A program made the position numbers and the translations under genes. A stretch of 64,000 nucleotides of DNA, taken from Saccostrea cucullata. Taxonomy: Eukaryota. Shown in pieces: positions 49,745-62,192 of this stretch. The notes below the pieces were generated by a model. That model did no database searches and had not been told where the DNA came from. It worked only from the letters and a program-made list of their open reading frames with translations. Where the stretch lies: NCBI RefSeq assembly GCF_032062105.1, contig NW_026919181.1:1-64000 (forward strand). The letters run 5' to 3'. Each line of letters opens with the position of its first letter. The stretch's first letter is position 1.

Positions 49745-50480
49745 AGGATATGGAGGTGATGAACAGTATTCAATCTCAAAGTCCATTTTACAATACAAAA
49801 TAACAGCAGAGCAAACACGGACAACTGAAACGTCACTTGTGGGATCAGGTGCCATGGAGGAGTAAGCATCTCCTGCTGACCGGTCACACCCGCCGTGTGT
49901 TCCTTGTCATGATCAGAAAATAACGGAAAAATCCGTCGTAAATTCAGTGTATAAATAATGGACTTACAATTAGTATGGAAAACGTCAGTCAGCATTTTAC
50001 TCAATTATAAATTGTATTGGCTGACAAGGTCATTGTTTCGACCATAGAAATTACGAAATGATGACTTTAAACGGGACTGGTGATATTGTTTCATCAACTT
50101 GCTTGTCAACAATTTACCTAGTTTTAGAATTTGTTTATACGTAGAGCAAGCTCTTGCGTATCGAATCAACTGAGATATATATACTCCGTATGCAGGTGAT
50201 GAAGGTATATTGCTGTATAAGTGAGGGAAGCTGACGATAGAAAAGTTAAAGTCATCACGTTTATCATATAACTTGGATGTAAGGATACCATTAATGTCTT
50301 TTTGAAGTAAAATATCCAAGTATGAAACAGATATGTTAGACTCTTTGGTATCTTTTATCTCAAGCTCTCCTGGATATATCGTATCGACGTAGGAATGGAA
50401 ATTACCTTTGTTTATTAACAATACGTCGGCGATATATCTGAAAGTCGAGTTGAAGGCCAAAGCAAGTGTTTTTATTTCTT
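49745..50480 (-). mobile_element. Penelope-like (Naiad-type) fragment, diverged subfamily
   Basis: ORF 50005..50460 (FRYIADVL...IYPGELEIKD...LYDKRDDFNF...SQLIRYARAC) plus 3' motif. Confidence 0.92.
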
Positions 50481-51988
50481 TTAATGATTTGTCGTGAAAT
50501 AGGTTTCCTTCTGTAAAGAAAATTATACTTTGCTTCGATAAAAAATGTTTTCACGGGTTTAGCGTAGTAATAATGAGTTCTTTAAAAATTAACGATTCTG
50601 TGCAATATTTCAACCAATCAATATCATTTATACGTTTCACTCCGTTAGCCAGTTAGTTACGAGGAATATAAAGGTAGGATTCTTCTCACAGTTCTTGTGT
50701 TTAAAAATCAATGATTTTTTCACAGAATGTAAGTGATGGTTTCAATGCGATTAAATTCGACCATTTAATATTAAAGGCAAGGCCAGGTCAAGGTCAATAC
50801 CTTTTCCCTGTGCAATAAGAATGAAAAATGATGCTTTTAATCATGCGATCCCTACTTATATTTTAAAATACTGTGTAAAAATTTAAACTAAATTCATTGT
50901 TCTATAACAGGTTTGAGAGCCAGAAAATAAGATAAATTCATACGCAACCAATCCGCCAAAAATTTAGTCCTTGCCAGCTTCCAAACGCAGTTTACAATTT
51001 ACCTTTAAAGTTGTTCAATTGTGACAAGGAAAGAAAGGTAGGGTCTTTTGAATCTCTACACCTAAATATATGACATATTAGCAAATGCACTTTGAATATG
51101 TCATGTTGTCGGAAACCAGAGAAGAATCCTACCATATATATGAATCATTTATTTTAAATAAAACATACATATTTTGCATCAACTACTCATGAAAAGAGCA
51201 GTTTTTCATAAGTAAGTATTGTTTACTAAATATCTAGGATAATGAAGTTAAAAATTTACATAAAATCTTGCGACTGCAAATTGAAATGGGCTTCACATAC
51301 ATATTTCAAAAGCACAACATATCTAAATGCGTTCAGGGAAATAGGATGGTGAGAAAAATTCTTAAAATCAGTTAACAAAGATTTGATTTTTAGTTTACTT
51401 CATAACGTTATGAAATTATTGTTTTCCATCCGAATGTATGGTTGAGGGGGCCACATTCTGTTACTTATCTTGCATCTTTTTATTCTAAGTTTCTAAGATA
51501 TATAGAATTACAGAATATTTCCTTCTTCCGAAACGGTTAGTTAATAAGTTCTAGATAAAATAACTATGGTTTGCAGGGGATATAAATCTGACGTCACGAC
51601 AATTAGGAACATATATAAAATGTTTCCATGGTTTCTGCTGTCTGTAAAAAATGCCCACTGTGGAAATTTTATATAATGTAAGTCCAAAACCTCTTTAATC
51701 TGGTAATAAAATGCTAAGAAAGACAAACTAAAAACGTCAGAGTCACTTATACTACAAGTGTCAACATTTACAGAACCCCGGTCTTTCAGCATAGTTATGG
51801 GATCCTTTTTTTGTTTTGAGAAATAACTAGGCTATAGGCGAAACATGAAAAATAAGAAGACTTTGGCATTTTATCAGAAAAATTGTTCAAGTTTATCACA
51901 GAGACGCATGTTAAGAGATGGAAGGGCAATGGGAATGCTACCTATCCTTCGGCTAGACAGTAACGAAGAAGTGAGAAAAAAGACTTTG

Positions 51989-52066
51989 CTGTATTATACT
52001 ATAGGTTTTTACTGCTGTATTATACTATAGGTTTTTACTGCTGTATTATACTATAGGTTTTTACTG
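51989..52066 (+). repeat. 26-bp tandem repeat x3
   Basis: ctgtattatactataggtttttactg. Confidence 0.92.
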
Positions 52067-54444
52067 GTCCAAGCTTACGAGCAATAAACTGCATTTTCTT
52101 TGTTTATCGGGATGATTATTTTAATTGTATTGTGAAAAAACCGGATTTAACTTTGCAAATGGTGATCCATAACTCCCTTTCTAATGTTTTACATTTTACA
52201 AGATTTCGTACCAATAGGCCTAAGCTATTCTTGACTTCGATCTGGTCAACACTTCTCTTAACAACAAGATTTTCTTAAACACTCCAAAAACTTAAAAGGA
52301 CAACTTGATCCACACTTCTTTGTTAGGGTAGTGTAAGGTTGTATCAAGAATCGAGGGGGATCTATTAAACACAAACATTTTTTTTTTTCTTTCGTATGTT
52401 GTAAATTTCGTTTTTTTTAAAAAAAAATTATACACTGATCAATACAAAATTATCCGTTCACAACGTAAAATGTTTGAGAATGCAGTTGAATTTTTGACTG
52501 AGAATAACAAAATGCAAATGAAGGGACACAGAATCAGAGCTGGACAATCAAGAAAAATTATGGTTTACGAATATTATACTGATAATTCTTAATAGATATG
52601 TTTATATTTGGATATTATAATATATTCAGATTTATATGATTTAACAATTACTAGCCCTCTAAAATGGTCGTGGTCCATCATTTTAAAAATCATACTAAGT
52701 TATGTTGCACTAGACCTTCCACATGAACATAAACATTTTTTTTTTCAAAATTGGACTATAAAAAATAAATCAAGCATTTCCAACAACTGAAATGATTTAG
52801 CAACCCTCGAACTACAATATTCACTCGCTTTAATGCTCGGGGAATGCTGCTCTTGGGGTAGCTTAATTTTCGTATTGTCCTCAAAACAGCAGTTAGTATT
52901 TGATATTATTAACTTTTTATATGAAGATGCATGGATAGACAGATAATAGGTAACATGTCTTCGGCATTGTCAAAAATTTATCTTAATAATAGAAGTAATT
53001 AAACAAAAATCCGTGTTATAAAAATCCTAAGTCATTAACAAAAATATCCTTCAACTTTCATTGCATTTGAACATTATTTTATGAATAAAAAAAACTGTAA
53101 ATTTATTTCTCGAATCAGAATCGGGCAGTTTGGGCATTTTACGAAATTTGAGTGTGAGACGTCATTTGAATTGCCATTTTGACTAAACTAAAACTAAACT
53201 AAATTTTCCGAATTCAAGTGATAATATCCGTGTTCTATTTACATTTTACATAGTTGTACTACGCTCAGTAAGATATTCACAAATCCTTTCTCCTATGTAA
53301 ACGACATTAAGAAATAATTAGAAAAAGAAATAAATATCCGCCATTTTGAATCGCCATTTTGACTTGCATCATCATTTAGTTGTAGAATAGTGAAATGTAA
53401 GGGAGAAAATACAAATCTGCAGTGTATGGATATTTTTCAAATTTAAAATCCTGAACTAAGAAGAATATAGAAAAAAAATAAACAAAACAACAGAGAAAAT
53501 TCGAATTAAGTGCAGAAACGACTAAATTTTCTATTTTTTTTTCTAATAAACTAATTATGTTAGAATTCTATTATATTTTTGATAGTTTTATTACACTCAG
53601 TGAGATATTCACTCATTATTTCTCCATTTTGAACGACATTAAGAAAAAATTAGAAAAATTGGATGTCCGCCATTTTGAATCGCCATTTTGACCTATTTAA
53701 CGCCATTCTCATAAAGGTCAGCATATTTTTTTTCGGATTTAGCATACTCGAATTAGGTTAAAAACTATGCTGGACCAAATAATAATTATTTGCCGTTAGA
53801 AGTTATTTCTAACCTTCTTTTCAAAAATCAGGACCAGACTATAATGATAAATTTTCATTATGTGCATTGCACAGTAGGGGCGCCTTCATATTCAAATATA
53901 CATATACTATAGTCGTTCGATACATTTTCATTCATTAGCGCAATGGTCAATGAAATGATCCTGGACGTTAAAAATATTTTAGTCAGGGCAATACAAATAT
54001 TTTAAGATTTTTTTAAATTACTTTCAAAGTTCAGAAGTGCTGTTCATTCGGCTGCGGGTGCAGAGCACGATGAGAAGTTCCCGAGGGAGAAAAGAAGAAG
54101 GGTGCGTAGCTACCCTTTCGGACTATATATCAGTGCCCACAAAATCAAAGTACAGTAAAAACTGACTTTAGTTGTAAGGCTTATTATATAAATTGTACTT
54201 AAGAAGAACTTGGATTGAATTCTATAAGTGGCAATCCTCCTTATACGCATAGTTCCTTTTCTTACGAATTCTTCAACACATATGTCAGTTTTGAATACTA
54301 GTATTTTTAATATCATTAAGAACCAAAATGAATTTGAACTACCATAATACTGAATACTGAAATTTCTTTAAAATCCTTATAAACAAAGATTAGATAATGG
54401 TTTCAAGTAAATGTTCAACAAAGTAGAAGGCTCTTTCGTTACTC

Positions 54445-54914
54445 TAGCTGCAGATCTGTAGCTCTCCGAAAAAAGTTATTGATAGACCGGAGAGCTACAG
54501 AGCCACCCATTGAAAAAACTGTATATTTATTGTGCACAAAAAATGCGCTCGGTTCTCGATTTATTTCTCCATGTTTTTCAAGCTGTAATCTCAAAATATT
54601 ACTAACCGTGTGTTCCAAACATATTCTTTGACTCTTTCCACAACAAAACATTCCTCATAATTGTTGTTTATAATCATCGGACATTTCGCTTATTTATACT
54701 GCCATTTTGGTTTCAAAGATAATTCGGTCCAATATGCTTCGTTCAGATGTCAACTACGAGAGAACTTGATAGAGGAGAGAGTGATTTTTTGAAATCTTTC
54801 AGTTTTTGCATTTGAGGTAAGAATTTGGAAAAATTAATCAAGAATTGGGCGCACTTTTTTGTGCGCAATAAATATACAGTTTTTTCAATGGGTGGCACTG
54901 CAGATCTGCAGCTA
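54445..54914. mobile_element. AcademH-type MITE, 470 bp
   Basis: TAGCTGCAGATCTG ... CAGATCTGCAGCTA, long TIRs (gccacccattgaaaaaactgtatatttattg), perfect 9-bp TSD TCGTTACTC (54436-54444 and 54915-54923). Confidence 0.88.
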
Positions 54915-55039
54915 TCGTTACTCCTCACTAAGATATTTAGAGTAGTGAAGGAGAAACTTCAAAAGTACTGTACAGCGATATATTAAAAAATGGTGTTAAT
55001 TAATTGCTAATGTTTAAACATTCCAAGAACATTTCTAAC

Positions 55040-55290
55040 AATTTAAAACTTTTCAGCTTAATACACATCCATTCCCAAAGATAAATCGTACAATGCCAAG
55101 ACTTTAAGACATCACAGACAGCTGCTTTTAAAATAAAATTGAAACTCATAAATTTACTAACCTTGTCATTAGTCATTTGATAAATTATTTTGTAAAAAAC
55201 ATTCTGATTGCACGCACAAGTACTCTGAGGTTGACATCAAAAAGATGCCTAAGCTTCTGATTTACAATGTCTATGTTGTGTTTAGAGACC
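55040..55290 (+). mobile_element. Decayed Penelope-like (Naiad-type) RT fragment
   Basis: NYFVK..HSDCTHKYSEVDIKKM-like coding, homologous to 44900-45030 and 150-270. Confidence 0.7.
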
Positions 55291-55674
55291 TGCAGGCATG
55301 TTCATGAAATTTTCCAAAATTTGTCCTAAGACCATTCCTAAGATATGACTTAGGAAAAAATTTAGGATTATCCTAAGATCAACTAAGGACATATGATAAG
55401 ATGTTTCTCGACGGTGACTTAGGAACTTCTTTAATTAGGACATCTTAACGTACAATGAACACTTTTTTCTTAAACATTTCTTGATAAATATAAAATTATG
55501 GAGACAGTACGGGAAAGAAATTAAATAACATTAAAAAGGAAATCCATTTGCATGTCCATGTGACCTGAGTATATCTTCATGTTTGCATTTTTGATATTAT
55601 AAAACATTTTATATAGCTAGTATTGCAATGAAACAAACCAGTTGCAGTTAAGGGGCAATATCTCTCTGCTCCAA

Positions 55675-56244
55675 AGAACTATATGCGGTATATTGCATAT
55701 GTTTGCCCCCACAAAAGTCAAATTTTGAAAACGTCCTGAAATGTGCTGAATTCAATAAATTGTACGAGAAATATAAGTTAACAGAAAATATTATAGTTCC
55801 AGAGCAGTGTATTCACAATTTCTGTTTTTATGACGTCACAAACTAGTCCGATTTTATATCCTTTTTCAGAAAGAGGACAAAATTTCAACAATTTAAGCTT
55901 TAAAATTTATAGAGCGCATGTGTGTTCAGGAACAATATTGACATATTTCATTGATATTATCATTCTACACATTATATCAAAATATTTATCCTGAACACAC
56001 ATGCGCTCGGTGACTTTTATTTAAAATATCGACGAAATATGTACATTTTTCTGCAAAATTCATAAAAAACTGAAATTTACGTCATATTTGTGACGTCATT
56101 ACGTACATATGACGTCATTACTTATGAAATTATTCAGTGCTTTGAAGTCAGCATATACTCCCCTGTTTAAAGACTTAATTAAATATTACTCCATCAAAGT
56201 TTGATTTTGGGGGGCAAATATTGGTTAATACCGCATATAGTTCT
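55675..56244 (+). mobile_element. Kolobok-type MITE (~570 bp)
   Basis: TIR AGAACTATATGCGGTA ... TACCGCATATAGTTCT; second copy at 27499-28057. Confidence 0.82.
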
Positions 56245-56662
56245 TTCACAATTTTTTTTAAAAACCCAAACATTGGTTTTCAGCAACAACTATAGAATTA
56301 AATTCAAATGGAATATAGTTTGAAGGATGAAGCGTTGCTTAATAATCGTTGCGTTGCGTTGAATAATATGTCAAACCATAATGTGAAGAAAATTTGATAT
56401 GGTGAATAAAAAGATCAATATTTTTTTTTTTATTATATAGTCCGCCTCGGTCAATATGAATATTTTTCTGGTGAATAACAAACCATATTCAGCACCAAAA
56501 CAGTCCATAATTGTATATTATCTCACAATTAAATCAGAAATATGAGGTATATTAATAATAATATTTACTCTCATATCTATCTTATTCCCATTAGCAAACA
56601 TACTGAAGCGTTACTTTTTAAATTAGAATATCAAATTGCTTTATGTGCATGTAAAATAACAC

Positions 56663-57577
56663 TCGTACAAATGCCTACACAAACCCACAAACAAAACAAT
56701 TTGCTATAATTGTAACAAACAAGGTCATTTAGCCAAAGACTGTGAAAATGAACCTGTATGTAGATATTGTAAAGAAGAGGGTCATAGCAAGGACAACTGC
56801 GAGTTACTTTCAGAAAAAATGGTACAAAAGTATGGTAAATATGCCGCAAATATCAATGAAGGCAGAGAGGCTTTAAACGACGATGACCAACGAAGCGAAA
56901 CTGACAGTACGGAAGCGGACACGCATGACGATCAGCAGATCAATACCGTTATTCTGGGGGCGTCGAACTGCAAGCGCATTAAGAAGCTTCCGCCAAATAT
57001 CTTAAACGCCTCGGTCTCTGGGTCATCCTACGAAAACGTGACACAATTACTGGAATACGCTAAGAAAAAATTGGACGAAACTACTCCGGAAAATATAATC
57101 GTTCATTTAGGAACAAATGATGTTACCAGATGTCAAGACGAAATTGGTGATTTAACGGGCAATGTTATGACGGGTCTTAGCAAGATTCAAGAAACTTTTC
57201 CCGAAGCTCGAATTGCAGTATGCACAGTCATACCCAGGAAAGGAAAAAGCGCCGCGATTAAAAAAATGAACGACAACACTTGGCATGTGAACAAATTCCT
57301 TGAAAAATTGTGTGAAAAAAATAAATTATTATCAGTGATCGACGTATGCAGCTCATTCATAAATGACCAAGGGCTTGCTACTAGAGCACTGTATGACAGC
57401 AATGACCCCAGCGGTGTGCATGTCAGTAGCGAAGGTGCCGAGAAAATTGCTGATATTTTCTGCAATTACAATTGCTCCGCGAACGGTCCTCCTCGAACCC
57501 CTAGCATTACAAAACGGAAGCTAAGTTCAAATACCCCAGCTTCCACCGAAAAACAGGGCAAAATACAAAAAATGTAA
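56663..57577 (+). CDS. LINE ORF1 C-terminal part: two CCHC zinc knuckles + SGNH/GDSL esterase domain
   Basis: In frame upstream of the track ORF: CYNCNKQGHLAKDC and CRYCKEEGHSKDNC. Then ILGASN (block I), VSGS (II), VHLGTND (III) and DPSGVH (V). Confidence 0.88.
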   Translation, partial: SYKCLHKPTNKTICYNCNKQGHLAKDCENEPVCRYCKEEGHSKDNCELLSEKMVQKYGKYAANINEGREALNDDDQRSETDSTEADTHDDQQINTVILGASNCKRIKKLPPNILNASVSGSSYENVTQLLEYAKKKLDETTPENIIVHLGTNDVTRCQDEIGDLTGNVMTGLSKIQETFPEARIAVCTVIPRKGKSAAIKKMNDNTWHVNKFLEKLCEKNKLLSVIDVCSSFINDQGLATRALYDSNDPSGVHVSSEGAEKIADIFCNYNCSANGPPRTPSITKRKLSSNTPASTEKQGKIQKM

Positions 57578-57722
57578 ACTCTAAGTAACAGAGCTGATCA
57601 ATATGACTTTTGTTAGATAGATTGGTCACTATATGTACATAATTACTACTTGTATATATATTGTACATATTTTTTTTTCATTCGTATTTTGTGGTATATT
57701 TTAGATTGCTCTATCACTTAAA

Positions 57723-60700
57723 ATGACTCTACATATAGCCTCTATTAATGTTAACGGGCTACGAGATAAGAAAAAGAGAATGTGTATTTTTTCATGGTTG
57801 AGTAAACGCAAATACGATATAATTTGCTTACAAGAAACACATGGGACAGATAAAGAAACGCAAAAGTGGGAAAATGAATGGAAAACATTTAAAGGGTCAA
57901 ACTCTATTTGGAATAATTGGTCTAGCGAATCACGGGGTGTGGGGGTGTTGTTCATGATCAAAAAGCCCGAATTTAAAATCACAAAAACTATTTCTGACAG
58001 AGAAGGAAGGGACATAACTGTTAGCATAAAAAATAATGACTTTACAGTAGACATAAAGTGTATTTACACACCGAATAACGGAGTTGATAGAAAGCAGTAT
58101 TTTAACTCACTAAAATTTGATGAATTAGCTCATCATAAAATTATATGCGGTGACTTTAATTGCACTCAAAACAAACAGCTTGATAGGCATCCCGTGCCCC
58201 TACGAAAAGATATTGCAGTATCAGAACTTAAAGATTTAATTAAACGATGTGAATTGCAGGATATCTGGCGAGAACGAAACCCGGACAAACGATGTTACAC
58301 ATTTCATAGGGGCAATTCAAAATCAAGAATAGATTATTTCCTTACAAGTGAAAATATACTACACAAAATAAACAATTGTGCTATTGTCCATTTCCCATTT
58401 AGCGATCACGATTTGATAACATTAAAACTACAATTAGATAATATCCAAAGAGGCCCAGGGTTATGGACAATGAATCATAAAACATTAACAAACGACGACT
58501 TCCGAAAAACATTTGTTGAATTCTGGGAAAATTACAAGAAAAGCTTAGTTAACTGTCAGGATATTCTATACTGGTGGGACTTAACTAAATATAAGATAAA
58601 AACGTTGTGTATTGAGATGTCAAAAAAATTAAATGTTAATAAACAAAAACTAGAGAAATTAGAAAAAGAATTAGAAGAGATTAAAAACAATCCTATGACA
58701 AATAAAAAGTATCAAAATGACCTTGAGCAAAAAATAAAAGAAATTTATATAGATAAGACAGAAGCGGCAATAATACGATCAAAATGTAGATGGTTTAAAG
58801 AAGGAGAAGCTCCTTCGAAATACTTCTTTCAATTAGAAAAGAGTAATGGAGAGAAAAAATTGTGGAATAGAATAAAAACAGAAAATGGTACCTACAAATC
58901 TGACATTGATTCAATCATCGAAGAGCAAATTAATTTTTATTACAAATTATTAAATACGGAAGGTTGGGATAGTGAAAGTGGGGAACAATTATTAGCGGAA
59001 GTACAATGTAAATTAGACGATTGTGATGTAAACATGCTCGATAGTGATATAAGCGATCAAGAAATATATCTAGCAGTGATGTCATTAAAGCCAAATAAAT
59101 CTCCCGGTGAAGATGGGATTTTATCAACTTTTTATCAGATATACTGGGATATAATTAAAAATGAATTTTCAAAAGTTATAAAACACATTTTTCATAGGGC
59201 CACACTTTGTGACTCTCAAACAAAAGGAGTCATTTCATTAATACATAAAGGGAATGAAAGAGAAGAAATAAAAGATTGGAGACCTTTAACAATGCTGAAC
59301 AATGATTATAAAATTATAGCTAAAATACTCGCCGAGAGATTAAAAAAAGTTCTACCGAAATTAATTCACCCAGACCAAAAAGGATTTGTTAAAGGCAGAA
59401 ACATAAGTGATGCAAATAGACTGATTCAAGATATTATTGATTATGCTGATAATGAAGATTTAGAAGGAGCAATTATATTTCTAGATCAACAAAAAGCGTT
59501 CGATAGAATTGAATGGGGTTGGGTAGAAGCAACATTAAAAAGATTTAACTTTGGTAAAAAATATTGCGATTGGATAAAAATGCTTCTTATTAAATCAAAA
59601 ACATCCATTAAAACTAATGGATTTGTATCTAAATACTTTCCAATCTCAAGATCGGCAAGACAAGGTTGCCCTATTGCTCCATTGCTATATGTTCTTCAAA
59701 TAGAGCCTATGGCCTGTGCTATTAGACAAAATCCGCAGATAAAGGGTATTTTAATTCCTAATAAAGATAAAAAAATAGAATGTAAAATAAATATGTTCGC
59801 AGACGATACACAACTTTTTAATAAGGACGAAGAATCTATAATACATTCCTTCAATGTGTTAGAAATATATGAAAAAGCCTCTGGGGCAAAAATCAATTTC
59901 TCGAAAACAAAGGGCCTGTTTATAGGCAAATCAAGAGGTAAAACACCAAAATTTAAAAAGATACAGTGGATAAAAACTAATATAAAAACTTTGGGGGTAA
60001 ATCATGGATATGGCATTGATACTAATGCAATATGGTTGGAAAAAATAGAAAAAATAAAGAACAGCTTGCATGTCTGGAAAACTAGGAACCTTACATTCAA
60101 AGGGAAAACTTTGATAATAAAAAATTTGATAATTCCAATTATTGGCTATGAAATCGAAATGAGGGGAATACCTGATATATATGCAAAACAAATAAATGAC
60201 ATTGTCTGGTCTTTTATTTGGGATAATAAATTAAATAAAATTGACAGAAACGTGTGCTGCTTAAGCAAGAACGAAGGGGGAATGAACATGATAAATTTAT
60301 TCAATTTTATAAAAAGTAAACAAATAAAAACAATTTATAAAATCATGCATTCAAAGTTAGAAACATGGAATGCTATTGGTAAATACTGGTTACAGAGTAA
60401 AGATATGCATTCAAGTCAAGAATATTTCTTATGCACTTGTTCAGATTTATCTCCAATTTCCTTAAATAACATGTCTAGTTTTTATAAGAAAGCACTCATT
60501 GCATACAGCGAATTTCAGTCAAAATTTGTGCCAGAGAATCGAGAGGAAATACTTAACCTCTCACTCTTTGGTAATAAACTTATACAATTCCAAGGGAAAA
60601 GCCTATATGTGGAATCATTTATCAAAAGTGGTTTATTAAAAATTAAAGACATTTGGAATGATGCGGAAAATTGTTTTAAATATAACGACACCATTTTTAA

Positions 60701-61502
60701 TAAATTAGTAGACAAAAGATGTTGGATATTTGAATATAGTAAAATAAAATCAGCCATTCCTAAACTGTTTTATCCAATACTGAAAAGAAACAGCTCAGTA
60801 TCAAATAGCGAAACAAAACTCCCTTATAAATTGAATAATAATTTACTTATAAAAAGAGATACTAATAAAGTGGAAACCTTTGAAGATATCAAGTTAAAGA
60901 ACATAGAAAAAATATTAAACAAGACAATAATTCCAAAATGTCAAGAAAAATGGGAAAATATTTACCAAAATAACATACAGTGGAACTTAGTTTGGGACAG
61001 TATTTCAAAAATGAAAGTTAAAAATAAAATTCAAGAATTCCAATGGAAATGCGTGCATAATATATTGTATACTGAAGATAAATTATGTAAAATCGGACTA
61101 TCCAATGGTTTATGCAACCTATGTAAAAATCATAAAGAAAATCAACAACACCTCCTTTTCCATTGCACAAAAGTTAAAACAACACTTAAATTACTAGAAG
61201 ATATAATTGAAAATGTGCTGCAACTAAATGGAACTTTACAAATTAACCAACAAACAATAACATTAGGCTACTTGAAGGAACCGCAAACCCAAAGAAATGT
61301 TGTTAACATTTTAATATGTATTTATAAATGGGTCATATGGAAAACAAGAAATAAAATTAAATATGAGAATTTAAAAATAACTGACTTCAGCATTAAAAAC
61401 GCATTCAAAAATGAAATGAAATCGAATTTTTCACTTTTACAATCACATGATTTGACAAATTTCAAAGAGAAAATTAATCATGTATTTCAAAATTCCTTGT
61501 GA
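57723..61502 (+). CDS. LINE ORF2: APE endonuclease + reverse transcriptase + C-terminal zinc finger, intact 1259 aa
   Basis: SINVNGL, LQETH, GDFN, SRIDY, SDH; KSPGEDG, WRPLTMLNNDYKI, DQQKAFD, RQGCP, FADD; CNLC...HLLFHC. Confidence 0.97.
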   Translation: MTLHIASINVNGLRDKKKRMCIFSWLSKRKYDIICLQETHGTDKETQKWENEWKTFKGSNSIWNNWSSESRGVGVLFMIKKPEFKITKTISDREGRDITVSIKNNDFTVDIKCIYTPNNGVDRKQYFNSLKFDELAHHKIICGDFNCTQNKQLDRHPVPLRKDIAVSELKDLIKRCELQDIWRERNPDKRCYTFHRGNSKSRIDYFLTSENILHKINNCAIVHFPFSDHDLITLKLQLDNIQRGPGLWTMNHKTLTNDDFRKTFVEFWENYKKSLVNCQDILYWWDLTKYKIKTLCIEMSKKLNVNKQKLEKLEKELEEIKNNPMTNKKYQNDLEQKIKEIYIDKTEAAIIRSKCRWFKEGEAPSKYFFQLEKSNGEKKLWNRIKTENGTYKSDIDSIIEEQINFYYKLLNTEGWDSESGEQLLAEVQCKLDDCDVNMLDSDISDQEIYLAVMSLKPNKSPGEDGILSTFYQIYWDIIKNEFSKVIKHIFHRATLCDSQTKGVISLIHKGNEREEIKDWRPLTMLNNDYKIIAKILAERLKKVLPKLIHPDQKGFVKGRNISDANRLIQDIIDYADNEDLEGAIIFLDQQKAFDRIEWGWVEATLKRFNFGKKYCDWIKMLLIKSKTSIKTNGFVSKYFPISRSARQGCPIAPLLYVLQIEPMACAIRQNPQIKGILIPNKDKKIECKINMFADDTQLFNKDEESIIHSFNVLEIYEKASGAKINFSKTKGLFIGKSRGKTPKFKKIQWIKTNIKTLGVNHGYGIDTNAIWLEKIEKIKNSLHVWKTRNLTFKGKTLIIKNLIIPIIGYEIEMRGIPDIYAKQINDIVWSFIWDNKLNKIDRNVCCLSKNEGGMNMINLFNFIKSKQIKTIYKIMHSKLETWNAIGKYWLQSKDMHSSQEYFLCTCSDLSPISLNNMSSFYKKALIAYSEFQSKFVPENREEILNLSLFGNKLIQFQGKSLYVESFIKSGLLKIKDIWNDAENCFKYNDTIFNKLVDKRCWIFEYSKIKSAIPKLFYPILKRNSSVSNSETKLPYKLNNNLLIKRDTNKVETFEDIKLKNIEKILNKTIIPKCQEKWENIYQNNIQWNLVWDSISKMKVKNKIQEFQWKCVHNILYTEDKLCKIGLSNGLCNLCKNHKENQQHLLFHCTKVKTTLKLLEDIIENVLQLNGTLQINQQTITLGYLKEPQTQRNVVNILICIYKWVIWKTRNKIKYENLKITDFSIKNAFKNEMKSNFSLLQSHDLTNFKEKINHVFQNSL

Positions 61503-62161
61503 TTCTAATACTAGTATATGCTCCCGTGATAAACAATATATACATGTACATGTATTCAAATTTTAAATCCACTATAAGACACAAATGTTTTTGCTATGTT
61601 ATTTTTCATGGTTCTGGAAACTTTATGTTTAAAATATGATTAAAATTATGTATGTGAGGAAAAAAATTTCCTGTCTTTGTAAAATTCATTCATTCTGATG
61701 TGTTTTTTTTTTATATAATCTAATTTTATTATCACAAAACTCTGCATATTGATCCTGTTTTTAAGATGTAAAACATAAAAAAGACCAGTATTTTAGGGTG
61801 ACCTGGCCCTAAATACTAGTTACAGTGAGATTGATATAGACTTTCTTCTTCTTCTTTTTTTTTTACACAATCTCCACTGCAACAAGGGTCATGCTTCTAT
61901 TGATGTTAAACGAATACTTTGATTATATATATATAAATGGTAAAAATTTTCTTTGAGATACTTATGTATATGTATGAAAATGAAGTCAATAATTATATAT
62001 TAGCATAATGTGAAAAATTCTGTGTTCAAATATTGGAAATATATTAAATAATATTATATTGATCCAGGGAGCTCCTGGCATCCCTGATGAAGTATTACCA
62101 GAGGGCTTCTGCGGAAGTTTTGCCTCACTGTTATGTTGTACATTATTGAATAAATGATTTG

Positions 62162-62192
<31 letters not shown>

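Larger units (their letters stand above)
56663..62190 (+). mobile_element. L1/Tx1-clade non-LTR retrotransposon, 5'-truncated within ORF1, with poly(A) tail
   Basis: ORF1 remnant, ORF2, AATAAA ~62149 and A-run 62162-62190; candidate TSD AAAATAACAC at 56653-56662 and 62187-62196. Confidence 0.93.

Noticed and set aside
50771-53843. Probable further TIR-element fragments (TTAA-flanked 50775-51004; duplicated ccgccattttgaatcgccatttt blocks ending ...ccagacta at ~53841)
   Set aside because: Matching ends and TSDs could not be established by eye, so they were not annotated.
62080-62135. CTGATGA in the LINE 3' UTR as a hammerhead ribozyme or SECIS element
   Set aside because: No GAAA follows a stem II, no correctly spaced apical AA or GA quartet is present, and ORF2 has no internal TGA.
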